A program made the position numbers and the translations under genes. Positions 36,055-46,492 of a stretch of DNA of 64,000 nucleotides are shown piece by piece. Each line of letters starts with the position of its first letter. The stretch's first letter is position 1. Below the pieces are notes generated by a model. It saw only the letters and a list, made by a program, of their open reading frames with translations. It ran no database searches and had not been told where the DNA came from. The DNA lies in NCBI GenBank assembly GCA_900554365.1, contig USGY01000004.1:3633-67632 (forward strand), written 5' to 3'. Origin of the DNA: an uncultured Clostridium sp. Its GTDB lineage: Bacteria > Bacillota > Clostridia > TANB77 > CAG-508.

Positions 36055-36631
36055 AAAATCTTCCTTTCTTTTTATTATTTTTATTATTTGACAAATAAAA
36101 GTGAAACTTCACTTTTTCTCTTATTTATTCGAGTTTTACTTTTTCCTAATTATTTTCATACATTAATAGAGTCTATATTAAAATGCTTTTCTCTTGCATT
36201 TATATAAACTATTTTTTTATTAAATTAAATTTTCCGCTCTCTTTTTTAAATATTTTTTATACCCTATTATATATTTTTAATTAGGTATTTTTTAATAAAA
36301 TCTCATAATTTAGCAATCCATTGCTAACAACTGTTTTCTATTATACTATACCGTCTTTAAAAAGTCAAGAAAAGGCTAGAGTTAATATTGTTCTTTATAT
36401 CTATAAATTATATTTATTTTCTAAAAAAACAAGGAGTAGATATATATCCACTCCTTGTTTACTGCTTAGTATAGCAGTCTTGTTAGTATCAAATTACTAA
36501 ATAGTTTCTGGCCAATTTTCTTCTAGTTGCTTAGCCTTCTTTTTCCATGCTTTTTCTAGCATTATCATTTCTGGAAACTTCTTAAAATATTTGCTTGACC
36601 TTATGTCTTATAATCTTTATTATATTAATAC

Positions 36632-37516
36632 TTATTGTTTATTTTCTCCTCTTCCTTCTGGAAGCGCATCTGGATAATCTAAGACTATTCTTATTCTTGT
36701 AATAGCTTTTACAGCTCTTACAAATTTACTGTTTTTAAATCTTTGCCATAAGCTTGGTTTAGCTTCAAATGTTGTTTCTTGTGCATATTGTTGTTTTTCT
36801 TCTTCATTTGCTGAAGCTACTTGTACTTTTTCTGCTTCATGACTTTCAATTTTTTCAGTATTTTCTACAACTGGTTGTTCTTGTATTTCTTCTACTGGTG
36901 TTGGTATTGATTTTAGTGCATCTGCAATTTCTATTCCAATATAACTCAAAGCTTTTGATCTGTCTTCTATTCTTTCCATATCAATTTCAATATGTAAATT
37001 TGATTCCCAGTTGTTTACTCTTGCGTGTAATAATTTCATTGCATCTTGATAATCTTCTGATTTGTCATCTTTAGCTTTTCCAATTATGTTTAATGGTTCA
37101 ATTATATCTTCTGAAAAATCTTCTTCTGAAGCTTTTACTTTTTCTTTCCAATTTTCATCTTTGTTTACTACTGCTTCCATTACTTCTTTTAATTTTCCTG
37201 CTAAGGCTATGTTTTCTTCTCTTTGTCTAATTAATTCTTCTATCTTTTTTGTGTTTTCTTCAAATTGATTTGTTGCAAATTCCACTAACCCATAAGATGC
37301 TTTATATACACTTGCAGGGAAGTTTTTCTTTTTTGGATATTCTATTAAATAAGTTTTTATAGATTCAACTAAATCTTTAAAATATGTATCATCTTCTAGT
37401 TGAACTATTTGCTTCTTACTTTTTGGATTTATTAATTTTTGAACTTTATCTATATTTGATAATATTTTTTCTTCTGTGATAACCATTCTCACATTTACTA
37501 TGCCAGATTTAGACAT
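36632..37516 (-). CDS. hypothetical protein (acidic, helical)
   Basis: 294-aa ORF with coding-like composition. No motif recognised. A minus-strand terminator-like hairpin (ACAAGGAGT...ACTCCTTGT plus T-run, about 36427-36460) lies downstream. Confidence 0.5.
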   Translation of the reverse strand: MSKSGIVNVRMVITEEKILSNIDKVQKLINPKSKKQIVQLEDDTYFKDLVESIKTYLIEYPKKKNFPASVYKASYGLVEFATNQFEENTKKIEELIRQREENIALAGKLKEVMEAVVNKDENWKEKVKASEEDFSEDIIEPLNIIGKAKDDKSEDYQDAMKLLHARVNNWESNLHIEIDMERIEDRSKALSYIGIEIADALKSIPTPVEEIQEQPVVENTEKIESHEAEKVQVASANEEEKQQYAQETTFEAKPSLWQRFKNSKFVRAVKAITRIRIVLDYPDALPEGRGENKQ

Positions 37517-37711
37517 TGTAAATTACCTCCTTCATCTTACGCGTATTCAACTTTGCTTTTCTTTTATTATTATACATTATGCTACAAAAAACTACAAGAT
37601 ACAGCTTCTATTTTTTGTGTTAATTTTTCATTACAAGAATATTACAAAAATATTACAAAGTGTAAAAATAGTTAGGGAATTCTTTCCTTTGTTCCCTAAC
37701 TATTCCTATTT

Positions 37712-39424
37712 TTATATTACTGTTTTCATTTCTTCTGCTCTTTTTGTTTTTTGTGTTGTTGTTTTTATTAATTCTTTATTTGTAACACTTATATCTCTTA
37801 TGTATTTGTATGCTGGCATTTCTTTATTTACTTTTTTCACTTCTTTCCATAAGATGTCTTTTAATTCTTTCTCATCTGTTGTTCCATATTCTTCTTTTAC
37901 AGCTACTGGATCATATACTATTTTTGCACATATTTTATAGTCTCCATCATCTTCTGGTCTTCCATAAACAAAGCTTTCTTTTACACCTTCTATTTTATTT
38001 ACTAAGGCTTCTAATTCCTCTGGGAATATATTTTTACCATTTTTAAGAACTATAACAAATTTCTTTCTTCCTGATATATATATGTATCCATCTTTATCGA
38101 TTCTTGCTAAATCTCCTGTGTGTAGCCATTCGCCTTCTAAAGCATCTTTAGTTGCTTCTTCATTTTTATAATATCCAAGCATTATTGATGGACCTTTTGC
38201 CATTAATTCTCCAATTCCATCTTCATCTGGATTAGCTATTTTTACATCTAAACTTGGAAAAGCTTTTCCTATTGATCCAATTCTTCTATATTTGTCATCT
38301 TCTGCTGCAATTACTGGTGAACTTTCTGTTAATCCATATCCTTGATATGTTGTAAATCCTAATGCATTAAATCCTTTTTCTGTTTCTGGATCTAATGCAG
38401 CTCCTCCAGATACAAATAATCTTGCTTTTCCTCCTAATGTATCATGTATTTCTTTAAATAATTTTTTTCTAATATCTATTCCAAATTTTAATAAAAATTG
38501 ACTTATTTTTATTCCTTTTTTTACAGTTTCTAATTTTCCTTGTTTTTCAATGGTTTTCATCATTCTTTTATACATAGCTTCGTATAATATAGGAACTGAT
38601 ATCATTGCTGTTATTTTATATTCTTTAATATTTTCTGCAATATGTCTTATTCCATCACAGAAGCATATTGCACCACCTACTGATACTGGATATAAAAATC
38701 CAACTGTACATTCAAATGTATGGTGTAATGGTAAAAATGATAAAAATCTATCGTTTTCTGTTGTTTTTATTACAGATGTTATATCTGCTAAGTTTGAGCA
38801 AATATTTTTATGTGATAACATAACTGCTTTTGACATTGCAGTTGTTCCTGATGTGAATAGCATTATTCCCATTTTTTCATTATCAATTTTTGCATCTAGG
38901 AATTCTCTATTACCTTCTTGTAATAATTTTTCTCCTTCTTTTGTTAATTCTTTTTGTGATTTTATTCCATTTTCTTCTTTATCTAAATCCATTGATATGA
39001 AAAATTTTAAATTTGTATTTCCTTGTTCTTTTATTTTTCTCATTACTTCATCATATTTTTTTGAATAAAATATTGCTTCAACTTCTGAACGGATTATTAA
39101 ACTTTCTATTTCATTATCTGGCAAAGCTTTATCCAGTGGCACTACAACTCCTGTACCAGCTACTACTGCCAAATAATCAACAGCCCATTCATATCTATTT
39201 TCTGATATAATTGCTATTCTTTTATCTTTTAATCCCATTTCTATTAATTTAGTTCCTAAAGCGTTAATTTCATCTCTAAATTCTTTATGTGTTATTTCTC
39301 TAAATTTTCCTGGTTCTTCTGTTTTGAATATATATGCTGGTCTATCTCCAATTTTTTCTCCTGATCTTGTTAACATATCTTTTAAATCTGTAAATTTTGT
39401 AAATTCATGAATTGGTTTTCTCAT
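37712..39424 (-). CDS. long-chain-fatty-acid--CoA ligase (AMP-binding enzyme)
   Basis: 570 aa. AMP-binding motifs LFTSGTTAMSKAV, YQGYGLTE, TGDLARIDKDGYIYISGRKK. Confidence 0.85.
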   Translation of the reverse strand: MRKPIHEFTKFTDLKDMLTRSGEKIGDRPAYIFKTEEPGKFREITHKEFRDEINALGTKLIEMGLKDKRIAIISENRYEWAVDYLAVVAGTGVVVPLDKALPDNEIESLIIRSEVEAIFYSKKYDEVMRKIKEQGNTNLKFFISMDLDKEENGIKSQKELTKEGEKLLQEGNREFLDAKIDNEKMGIMLFTSGTTAMSKAVMLSHKNICSNLADITSVIKTTENDRFLSFLPLHHTFECTVGFLYPVSVGGAICFCDGIRHIAENIKEYKITAMISVPILYEAMYKRMMKTIEKQGKLETVKKGIKISQFLLKFGIDIRKKLFKEIHDTLGGKARLFVSGGAALDPETEKGFNALGFTTYQGYGLTESSPVIAAEDDKYRRIGSIGKAFPSLDVKIANPDEDGIGELMAKGPSIMLGYYKNEEATKDALEGEWLHTGDLARIDKDGYIYISGRKKFVIVLKNGKNIFPEELEALVNKIEGVKESFVYGRPEDDGDYKICAKIVYDPVAVKEEYGTTDEKELKDILWKEVKKVNKEMPAYKYIRDISVTNKELIKTTTQKTKRAEEMKTVI

Positions 39425-39441
39425 TTTTTCTTCCCCTTTAC

Positions 39442-40014
39442 TTATTTAAGACCTTTTATTATTGTATCTTCAAATTCTTTATATAATTTTGTTATATTAA
39501 AATTTTCTCTATCTCTTACTTTATAAACTAAACTTGAACATATTAATCCATATATTTCTGAAGCAATAGCTTGTGGGTTTCCTGATTTTATTTCGCCTTT
39601 TTCTATCCCCTGTTTTACTATTTCTTCAATTTGATTTATATACAAAAAGATTTGTTGCTTGCATTTTTGATTTCTTGCTTCATTTCCCCAAAATTGGCTT
39701 AATAATATTGTTATTAAATCTTCGTATTTATCAACAATTTTTATTTGAATTAATACTATTGCTTTTATTTTATCTATATAATTTGAAAATTTTGCAGTTT
39801 TTATATCAACACTATTTTGTAATAATTTTATTCCTTCTTCTACTAAGAAATTAAAAATTTCTTCCTTGCTAGAAAAATGATAATATAATGTTCCTTTAGC
39901 TACTCCAACTGTTGCAGTAATTTCTTCTATACTTGTTGCATCATATCCTTTTTCTGCGAATAATTTCATAGAAGTTTCAAATATTTTTCTTTTTGTCTTA
40001 TTCATATTTACCAC
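39442..40014 (-). CDS. TetR/AcrR family transcriptional regulator
   Basis: 190 aa. N-terminal HTH FAEKGYDATSIEEITATVGVAKGTLYYHF. Lies upstream of the acyl-CoA ligase. Confidence 0.85.
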   Translation of the reverse strand: MVNMNKTKRKIFETSMKLFAEKGYDATSIEEITATVGVAKGTLYYHFSSKEEIFNFLVEEGIKLLQNSVDIKTAKFSNYIDKIKAIVLIQIKIVDKYEDLITILLSQFWGNEARNQKCKQQIFLYINQIEEIVKQGIEKGEIKSGNPQAIASEIYGLICSSLVYKVRDRENFNITKLYKEFEDTIIKGLK

Positions 40015-40220
40015 CTTTCAACTTGTGATAATTCTTTTATATTATATATATTTTTATTCAATATTGCAATACTTTTATGCGTTTTTAGAACTAGTCGTAT
40101 AAAAATATTTTTTATTTTACAAATTTTTTACAAATCACTTTATAGTCTTTACTTTTTAAAATAACTAATATAAAATAAGTTTGAATTGGTTATAATAAAG
40201 AAAAAAGTTGGAGGAAACAA

Positions 40221-42611
40221 ATGAAAAATAAAAATGAATTAAATTATAAAGATTTAAAAATGACTTGTGATCCTAATGTATTTAAATTTGAATCTACTGC
40301 TGATTTGGAATCTATACAAGACGGAATTGGTCAAGAAAGAGGTATTAGTGCATTAGAATTTTGTTTACAAGTTGATGTAAAAGGTTACAATTTATATATT
40401 GAAGGTCCTAGTGGAGTAGGAAAAACTTTATATACTAAAAACTATTTACAAAAAATAGCTGCAAAAAAGAAAGCTCCATCTGATTGGTGCTATGTATATA
40501 ATTTTGAAACTCCAAATGAGCCTATTGCTGTTGAATTACCAGCTGGTAAAGGAAAAGAATTTAGAGATGATATGGAAAGCTTTATAAAAGATATCAAAAA
40601 AGATATTAAAAAGACTTTTAATAATGATGATTTTGAAAAAGAAAAAGCTTTAATAAAACAAGAATTTGAGTCAAAACGTTCTGCTTTACTAGATAAGTTA
40701 AATAATAATGCTTCAAAACATAATTTTCAAGTAAAAGCTGCTCAAAATGGAATTTACATGATGCCAATTGTTGATGGTAAAGTACTTGAAGAAGAAGAAT
40801 TTAATAAATTAGATGATGAAATAAAAAAACAATATGAAGAAAAATCAGTTTTAGTTCAAGAACAAATTATGACTGCAATAAGTCAAATTAAAGACATTGA
40901 ACGTCAATCTGATAAAAAGATTTCAGAATGGCAATCAAATGTAGCATTACTTACTGTAAATGTTCATATTAATTATTTAAAATCAAAATATAAGAGAAAT
41001 AAAAAAATAAATCATTTCTTAAATGATGTTAAACAAGATGTATTAAAAAATATCCCTACATTTTTAGAAGATCCTTCTAAAAATCAAAGCCCTCAACAGC
41101 CTGTAAATCCTGCTATGAGAAAGCAAGACCCATGTTTGAATTATAGAGTTAATCTTTTTGTTGATAATTCAAACAAAGAAGGTGCTCCTGTTATTATGGA
41201 TTCTAACTATTCATATAGCAATATTTTTGGAGCTGTTGAATATGAAAATTATTATGGTGCTTTAAAAACTGATCACACAATGTTAAAACCAGGTCTTATG
41301 CAACAAGCTAATGGAGGTTATATTATATTCCAGGCTAAAGATTTATTATCTAATGGAGTATGTTATGAGGCTCTAAAAAAAGCTTTAAGAGTAAAACAAG
41401 TTGCTATTGAAAATGCAAATGAACAACATTCATCTATGGTTTTAATTTCTTTAAAACCTGAGCCAATTCCTCTTAATTTAAAAGTTATATTAATTGGAAA
41501 TGCACAAATTTATCAAACTCTTTTAGCTATGGATTCTGACTTTAGAAAATTATTTAAAGCTAAAGTAGAATTTGAAGAAACTGCCCCTCTTACAGTTGAA
41601 AATTTAAATAAATTATCACAAATTATTCATGGATATTGTGAATATGAGGATTTACCCCCTTTAGATAGAGAAGCTATGGCTAAGTTGGTTGAATATGGTT
41701 CAAAATTAGCAGGAAGTCACAGTAAAATTTCTACTAGATTTGATGATTTAATGCAAGTAGTCGGAGAAGCTGCGACATGGGCTAAAATTTCTAGATCAAA
41801 AATTATTACTCCAAAATTCATAGACAAAGCTTTAAAAGAACGTATTGAAAGAGTAAAAAAATATGATGAAAAGTATTTAGAAATGATTAAAGAAAATACA
41901 CTTTTAATTGATACTTCAGGATTTAAAGTTGGTCAGTTAAATGGTTTAACTGTTTTATCTATAGGTGATTATTCTTTTGGTAAACCTGCTAAAATAACTG
42001 TAAACACTTATACTGGGAAAAATGGAATTGTTAATATAGAAAGGGAAGTTGAAATTTCAGGTCCTTCTCATTCTAAAGGTGTTTTAATTTTAACAGGATA
42101 TTTGGGCGAAATGTTTGCTCAAGATATTCCTTTATGTTTAACTGCAAGTATTTGTTTTGAACAATTATATAATGGTGTTGATGGAGATAGTGCTTCTAGT
42201 ACAGAATTATATGGACTTCTTTCTAGTTTGTCTGGAATTCCTATTAATCAATCAATTGCAGTTACAGGTTCTGTTAATCAAAAAGGTCAAATACAGCCTA
42301 TTGGTGGAGTTAATGAAAAAATTGAAGGATTTTTCCAAGTTTGCCAAGTTCGTGGTTTAGATGGTAGCCATGGAGTTATGATTCCCGTACAAAATATTGA
42401 TAATTTACAACTTTCTTCTGAAGTCGTTCAAGCTGTAAAAGATAAGAAATTCCATATTTATGCTGTTTCTACAATTGAAGAAGGTATTGAAGTTTTAACA
42501 GGTGTTCCTGCTGGTAGAAAAGATAAAGATGGACACTTCCCTGCTGGAACTATTAATTATTTAGTTTATGAAAAATTAAAAAAATATGCTAAAATAACAG
42601 AAAATAAATAA
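40221..42611 (+). CDS. Lon-like ATP-dependent protease (AAA+ with Lon C-terminal proteolytic domain)
   Basis: 796 aa. Walker A GPSGVGKT. C-terminal Lon S16 domain with GVDGDSASSTE (catalytic Ser) and GGVNEKIEGFF (Lys). Confidence 0.8.
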   Translation: MKNKNELNYKDLKMTCDPNVFKFESTADLESIQDGIGQERGISALEFCLQVDVKGYNLYIEGPSGVGKTLYTKNYLQKIAAKKKAPSDWCYVYNFETPNEPIAVELPAGKGKEFRDDMESFIKDIKKDIKKTFNNDDFEKEKALIKQEFESKRSALLDKLNNNASKHNFQVKAAQNGIYMMPIVDGKVLEEEEFNKLDDEIKKQYEEKSVLVQEQIMTAISQIKDIERQSDKKISEWQSNVALLTVNVHINYLKSKYKRNKKINHFLNDVKQDVLKNIPTFLEDPSKNQSPQQPVNPAMRKQDPCLNYRVNLFVDNSNKEGAPVIMDSNYSYSNIFGAVEYENYYGALKTDHTMLKPGLMQQANGGYIIFQAKDLLSNGVCYEALKKALRVKQVAIENANEQHSSMVLISLKPEPIPLNLKVILIGNAQIYQTLLAMDSDFRKLFKAKVEFEETAPLTVENLNKLSQIIHGYCEYEDLPPLDREAMAKLVEYGSKLAGSHSKISTRFDDLMQVVGEAATWAKISRSKIITPKFIDKALKERIERVKKYDEKYLEMIKENTLLIDTSGFKVGQLNGLTVLSIGDYSFGKPAKITVNTYTGKNGIVNIEREVEISGPSHSKGVLILTGYLGEMFAQDIPLCLTASICFEQLYNGVDGDSASSTELYGLLSSLSGIPINQSIAVTGSVNQKGQIQPIGGVNEKIEGFFQVCQVRGLDGSHGVMIPVQNIDNLQLSSEVVQAVKDKKFHIYAVSTIEEGIEVLTGVPAGRKDKDGHFPAGTINYLVYEKLKKYAKITENK

Positions 42612-42622
42612 TTTTAAAAATA

Positions 42623-42658
42623 ATAAGCGAAGTTTATTAAAAACCTCGCTTATTTTTA
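42623..42658 (+). terminator. intrinsic terminator after the Lon-like gene
   Basis: ATAAGCGA (42623-42630) pairs with TCGCTTAT (42646-42653), followed by a T-run. Confidence 0.55.
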
Positions 42659-42661
42659 TTT

Positions 42662-43066
42662 TTAAAAAATATTTTTTAAATTAAATGCATATTTTTCTTC
42701 TATGTGTTTTAAGCCATATTTTGTTTCATCAAGTTCTTTAATAGAATCATTGTACATTTGATTTTCTACTAAACTTCTTAAATTTATTAAATTTGTTTCT
42801 ACTTTTTCTAATTCATCATGTTCTATAAAATATGCTAGTTTATCATTTTTTGTATTCCATTCTTTTTCTATTTGTGATAATTTACTATCAATTTCTTTTT
42901 GATTTGCCTCTTCTTTTTTATCTTCTTTGTTTATTAGTTCTCCTTTTAAATCTTCAAGTTTACTTATTAATTCTTCACTTGTATGTTTTGTATATTTTTG
43001 AGTTATATAATTTCCTATACAAATTAATATTAAAATTATTAAACATATCCATATTTCCTTTTTCAT
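42662..43066 (-). CDS. DUF4363 family protein
   Basis: Start moved to ATG 43066 (AAGGAG upstream). One N-terminal TM plus a helical domain. This is the usual partner immediately downstream of DUF421 genes in spore-formers. Confidence 0.6.
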   Translation of the reverse strand: MKKEIWICLIILILICIGNYITQKYTKHTSEELISKLEDLKGELINKEDKKEEANQKEIDSKLSQIEKEWNTKNDKLAYFIEHDELEKVETNLINLRSLVENQMYNDSIKELDETKYGLKHIEEKYAFNLKNIF

Positions 43067-43076
43067 ATAAATCTCC

Positions 43077-43748
43077 TTACTTATTTTTGGCTTGACAAAA
43101 TATTTGTCCTTTTCCATCTAAAGTAACAATAAGAGCATCTTCTGGTTTTATATTAAATTTATCAGTTTGTTTTTTTAACCAATTATAATTTTTTCCTATT
43201 TCTTTTAAATTTTGACTCATGATTTTTCCATCTATTACTAAATCATAAGGTATTCCTTCATATTCGGGTACTATATTAAAATCTTCTGGAATTGTATTTC
43301 TTTTTTCAGGTTTTGGAATTACTGTTACTTGCCCACTTGTTTCTAATATTGCATATTCTACATCACCTAAATTGAAAATATTGTTTCCTCTTAATCTTTC
43401 TTCTAATTCATTTATTGTAAATCTCTCTTTTTTTAAGTTTTCTTCATTTATTTTTCCTCTATATATTAATATACTTGGTTTACCACATATAACTTCTCTT
43501 GCTTTTAAACTCTTTAAATTAATTACTGATATTAATAAATGCATTGCAAGTAATCCACAAATTGGTATTATTCCATTAAAAATAGGTATTCCTATTTCTG
43601 TCATTGGTATTGATGCTAAATCTGCAATCATTATTGATATTGCAAGTTCAAATGGCTGAAGTTGCCCTATTTCTCTTTTTCCCATTAATCTCATTACTAC
43701 TAAAACTACTATATACAAAACAATTGCTCTAAAAAAAGTAATTAACAT
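43077..43748 (-). CDS. DUF421 (YetF-like) membrane protein
   Basis: 223 aa. N-terminal TM region with RLMGKREIGQLQPFELAISIMIADLA, then a soluble C-terminal domain. Confidence 0.7.
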   Translation of the reverse strand: MLITFFRAIVLYIVVLVVMRLMGKREIGQLQPFELAISIMIADLASIPMTEIGIPIFNGIIPICGLLAMHLLISVINLKSLKAREVICGKPSILIYRGKINEENLKKERFTINELEERLRGNNIFNLGDVEYAILETSGQVTVIPKPEKRNTIPEDFNIVPEYEGIPYDLVIDGKIMSQNLKEIGKNYNWLKKQTDKFNIKPEDALIVTLDGKGQIFCQAKNK

Positions 43749-43906
43749 TTTCTTTCCTCTCTTTTTTTATTGTTTTTTTCATTTTTTGCTTTTTTTAACT
43801 TTTTTATTCAATTTTTCAGGTATAATTTTTTTATTTTAGTGAATAATAAACTTAGAACCTTAAATTTTTTCTCAACGAATTTTTTTAAACTAAGGAGGTT
43901 ATCAAA

Positions 43907-44281
43907 ATGTCAGAAGTACAAGGTAATAATGCAGAAAGTGGTTCTTCCACTGCATGGCAAATAATAGGTAGACTTATAGCTGCTGCTGTAGTTTTGGCTA
44001 TTACTGCATTTTTCACACCCGGATTTACAATAAACAACATTTGGACTTTAGCAATTGCTGCAATCGTTCTTACTGTAATTGACTATTTAGTAATAAAATT
44101 TACAGGATTACATGCAAGTCCATTTGGTAAGGGATTTGTTGGATTCGCATTGGCCGCTATTTTATTATATGTAACCCAATTCTTTGTTGCTGGTTACTCA
44201 ATTTCATGGATAGCTGCAATAATTGGTGCTCTTATTTATGGTGTTGTTGATTACTTTATTCCTGGAAATCAACAAATGTAG
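43907..44281 (+). CDS. small integral membrane protein (DUF360/phage-holin-4-like topology)
   Basis: 124 aa with four predicted TM segments and AAGGAGG as RBS. The family call rests on resemblance only. Confidence 0.4.
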   Translation: MSEVQGNNAESGSSTAWQIIGRLIAAAVVLAITAFFTPGFTINNIWTLAIAAIVLTVIDYLVIKFTGLHASPFGKGFVGFALAAILLYVTQFFVAGYSISWIAAIIGALIYGVVDYFIPGNQQM

Positions 44282-44342
44282 TAATTAAAAAGACAAATTA
44301 CTTTATTAGCTTTAATAAAATAATTTGTCTTTTTCTTTTTTA

Positions 44343-45008
44343 TTAATATTTTTCTACGATTTCATTTTTATTTTTATAAATACTATTTGCAGGAATTACA
44401 CCTCTAACACAAGATAGCGGATATATATTTGAACCTCTTCCTACTACTGTTCCAGGATTTAAAACACTGTTGCATCCAACTTCTACATTGTCTCCAAGCA
44501 TTGCTCCAAATTTCTTTAATCCTGTTTCTATTTTTTCTTCTTTTCCTTTTACAACTACTAATTTTTTATCTGATTTTACATTAGAAGTTATTGATCCAGC
44601 ACCCATATGTGCTTTAAATCCTAATATAGAATCTCCTACATAATTATAATGAGGTACTTGAACTTTGTTGAACAAAATTACATTTTTTAATTCTGTTGAA
44701 TTGCCAACAACTGCTCCATTACCAACAATTGCTTTTCCTCTAATAAATGCACAATGTCTTATTTCTGCATCTTCTCCAATAATTGTAGGTCCATTTATAT
44801 ATGCTGTTGGAGCTACTTTGGCTGATTTAGCTACCCAAATATTTTCTCCTCTTTTTTCAAACTTATTAGGATCTAATGTATTACCTAGTTCTATTATAAA
44901 ACTTTCTATTTTAGATAGAGCTTCCCATGGATATGTAACACTTTCTAATAATTTTTTTGCTATTGTTTCATCTAAATTATATAAATTTTTTATTTTACAT
45001 TCTTCCAT
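44343..45008 (-). CDS. hexapeptide-repeat (left-handed beta-helix) transferase, GlmU C-terminal-like
   Basis: Start moved to ATG 45008 (GAAGGAGA upstream; the preceding gene ends at 45043). Repeated [LIV]G-x4 hexads (IIGEDAEIRHCAFIRGKAIVGNGAVVGNSTELKNVILF). Confidence 0.7.
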   Translation of the reverse strand: MEECKIKNLYNLDETIAKKLLESVTYPWEALSKIESFIIELGNTLDPNKFEKRGENIWVAKSAKVAPTAYINGPTIIGEDAEIRHCAFIRGKAIVGNGAVVGNSTELKNVILFNKVQVPHYNYVGDSILGFKAHMGAGSITSNVKSDKKLVVVKGKEEKIETGLKKFGAMLGDNVEVGCNSVLNPGTVVGRGSNIYPLSCVRGVIPANSIYKNKNEIVEKY

Positions 45009-45042
45009 TTTTATTTCTCCTTCTCTACTTATAAAATAAGCT

Positions 45043-46308
45043 TTAATTATTTTTTGATTGTCTACTCCAATATTTTTCATATAATTCTTTAGCAGTTTTT
45101 GGGCTATCCACACCATCTTTATTTTTTACTGGTGCAAAGTCATCTTCTCTCTTTCCTCTTAAAATTGCAATATCATCAAAAAATTCAAATGCATCAAAAA
45201 TAAATGATTCAAATTTATATGAATTTGGTTCTGTAGGAATAATTTCTTTTCCACTTTCATCAATATATGAATTCTTTTTAAATGCTTTATGATATATAAG
45301 AGGTTCTTTACTTATTTTTTCTATTGCATCAATTGTAAATAAGTTACACATTATATGTGATTCTCCAAATTTTAATTCTCCATCATTATCTACTTCTTCT
45401 GCCATTTTTTCTGGAAGTTCAGTATATTCAATAACTTTAGGATGGTTATTCATTTTACAAAATACTCCAACTCTTTCATGTGGATTTGCTTTTACAACTG
45501 ATTTAGAAGCAATTTGTACTCCTTTTTTTATAGCCATTCCAAGTAATGTTACATCAGCCATTTTTAATAAAGCATTATCAACACTACCAATAAATACCCA
45601 TTTAATTCCTTTTTCTTTCATATCTGCTAAACATCCACTTGCTCTTAATGATGAGTATGTTCCACCATTTCCGTCTGATGCTTCTTTTATTTTATAATCT
45701 TTGCTTATTAATAATTTTCCTTCTGTATCTACTAGTGGTAATTCGCTTTGTTTAAATACTATTACACTATTTTTATCATATCCAAAATAATTATTTTTTT
45801 CTAAGAAGTTAACTGTATCTTCGTTATTTTCTTTACTTGTCATTATGTACCATGGAATAACTGTATTGTATTTTTTATTTGCTTCTTGTAAGTTATCTGC
45901 TAAGATTTCAAATAAATATTTTCCTTTTCCATATACATCTAATTTAAATGTTCCTTTAGGTCCTGTATGCCCTAGTCTTGTTCCTTGGCCCCCTGCCATT
46001 GTTACTACAGCATATTTTCCGCTTCTTATAATTTCTTCTCCTAGTTTATCAAATTCTTCTTTTTGTTCTTTGGTTAATTTTGCTTTATCTAAATAAGATA
46101 TTGGTTCTATTTTGTTTTCTTTAAATTCAACTTCTTTTTTTGTATTTTCATATAATTCCATTATTTGTTGAAAATCTATTTGACCTATTTGATTTATTAA
46201 TTCTTGCTTTTTTACTTCGTCTAATTTTTTAAATAATTTAGCTATATGTATTTGACCATAGCTATTTAATAGACTTATAGCTTCTTCTTCTTTAACCATT
46301 CTATTCAT
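45043..46308 (-). CDS. UDP-N-acetylhexosamine/UDP-sugar pyrophosphorylase (UDPGP/UAP1 family)
   Basis: 421 aa. MAGGQGTRLGHTGPKGTF nucleotide-binding loop and SDGNGG, typical of the UAP1-type family. Confidence 0.75.
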   Translation of the reverse strand: MNRMVKEEEAISLLNSYGQIHIAKLFKKLDEVKKQELINQIGQIDFQQIMELYENTKKEVEFKENKIEPISYLDKAKLTKEQKEEFDKLGEEIIRSGKYAVVTMAGGQGTRLGHTGPKGTFKLDVYGKGKYLFEILADNLQEANKKYNTVIPWYIMTSKENNEDTVNFLEKNNYFGYDKNSVIVFKQSELPLVDTEGKLLISKDYKIKEASDGNGGTYSSLRASGCLADMKEKGIKWVFIGSVDNALLKMADVTLLGMAIKKGVQIASKSVVKANPHERVGVFCKMNNHPKVIEYTELPEKMAEEVDNDGELKFGESHIMCNLFTIDAIEKISKEPLIYHKAFKKNSYIDESGKEIIPTEPNSYKFESFIFDAFEFFDDIAILRGKREDDFAPVKNKDGVDSPKTAKELYEKYWSRQSKNN

Positions 46309-46492
46309 CCCTTCATATTTTTTGCTATATTATATGATATTTTTAGTAGTGTTATTGTACCACAAGTACTTATAATTAGCAATACTTTATTAAAATCAAT
46401 TAAACTTGTCATATTTACCCTAAAAAATAAATATATATTAACTAAAGTATTGAGTAGTACAAACATTTCTTAATTCAAAGGAGGTATTATAG

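Noticed and set aside
36507-36578. 23-codon minus-strand ORF (MIMLEKAWKKKAKQLEENWPETI) between the hypothetical gene and its terminator.
   Set aside because: It has no RBS, is too short, and shows no recognisable family. It is probably chance or a remnant.
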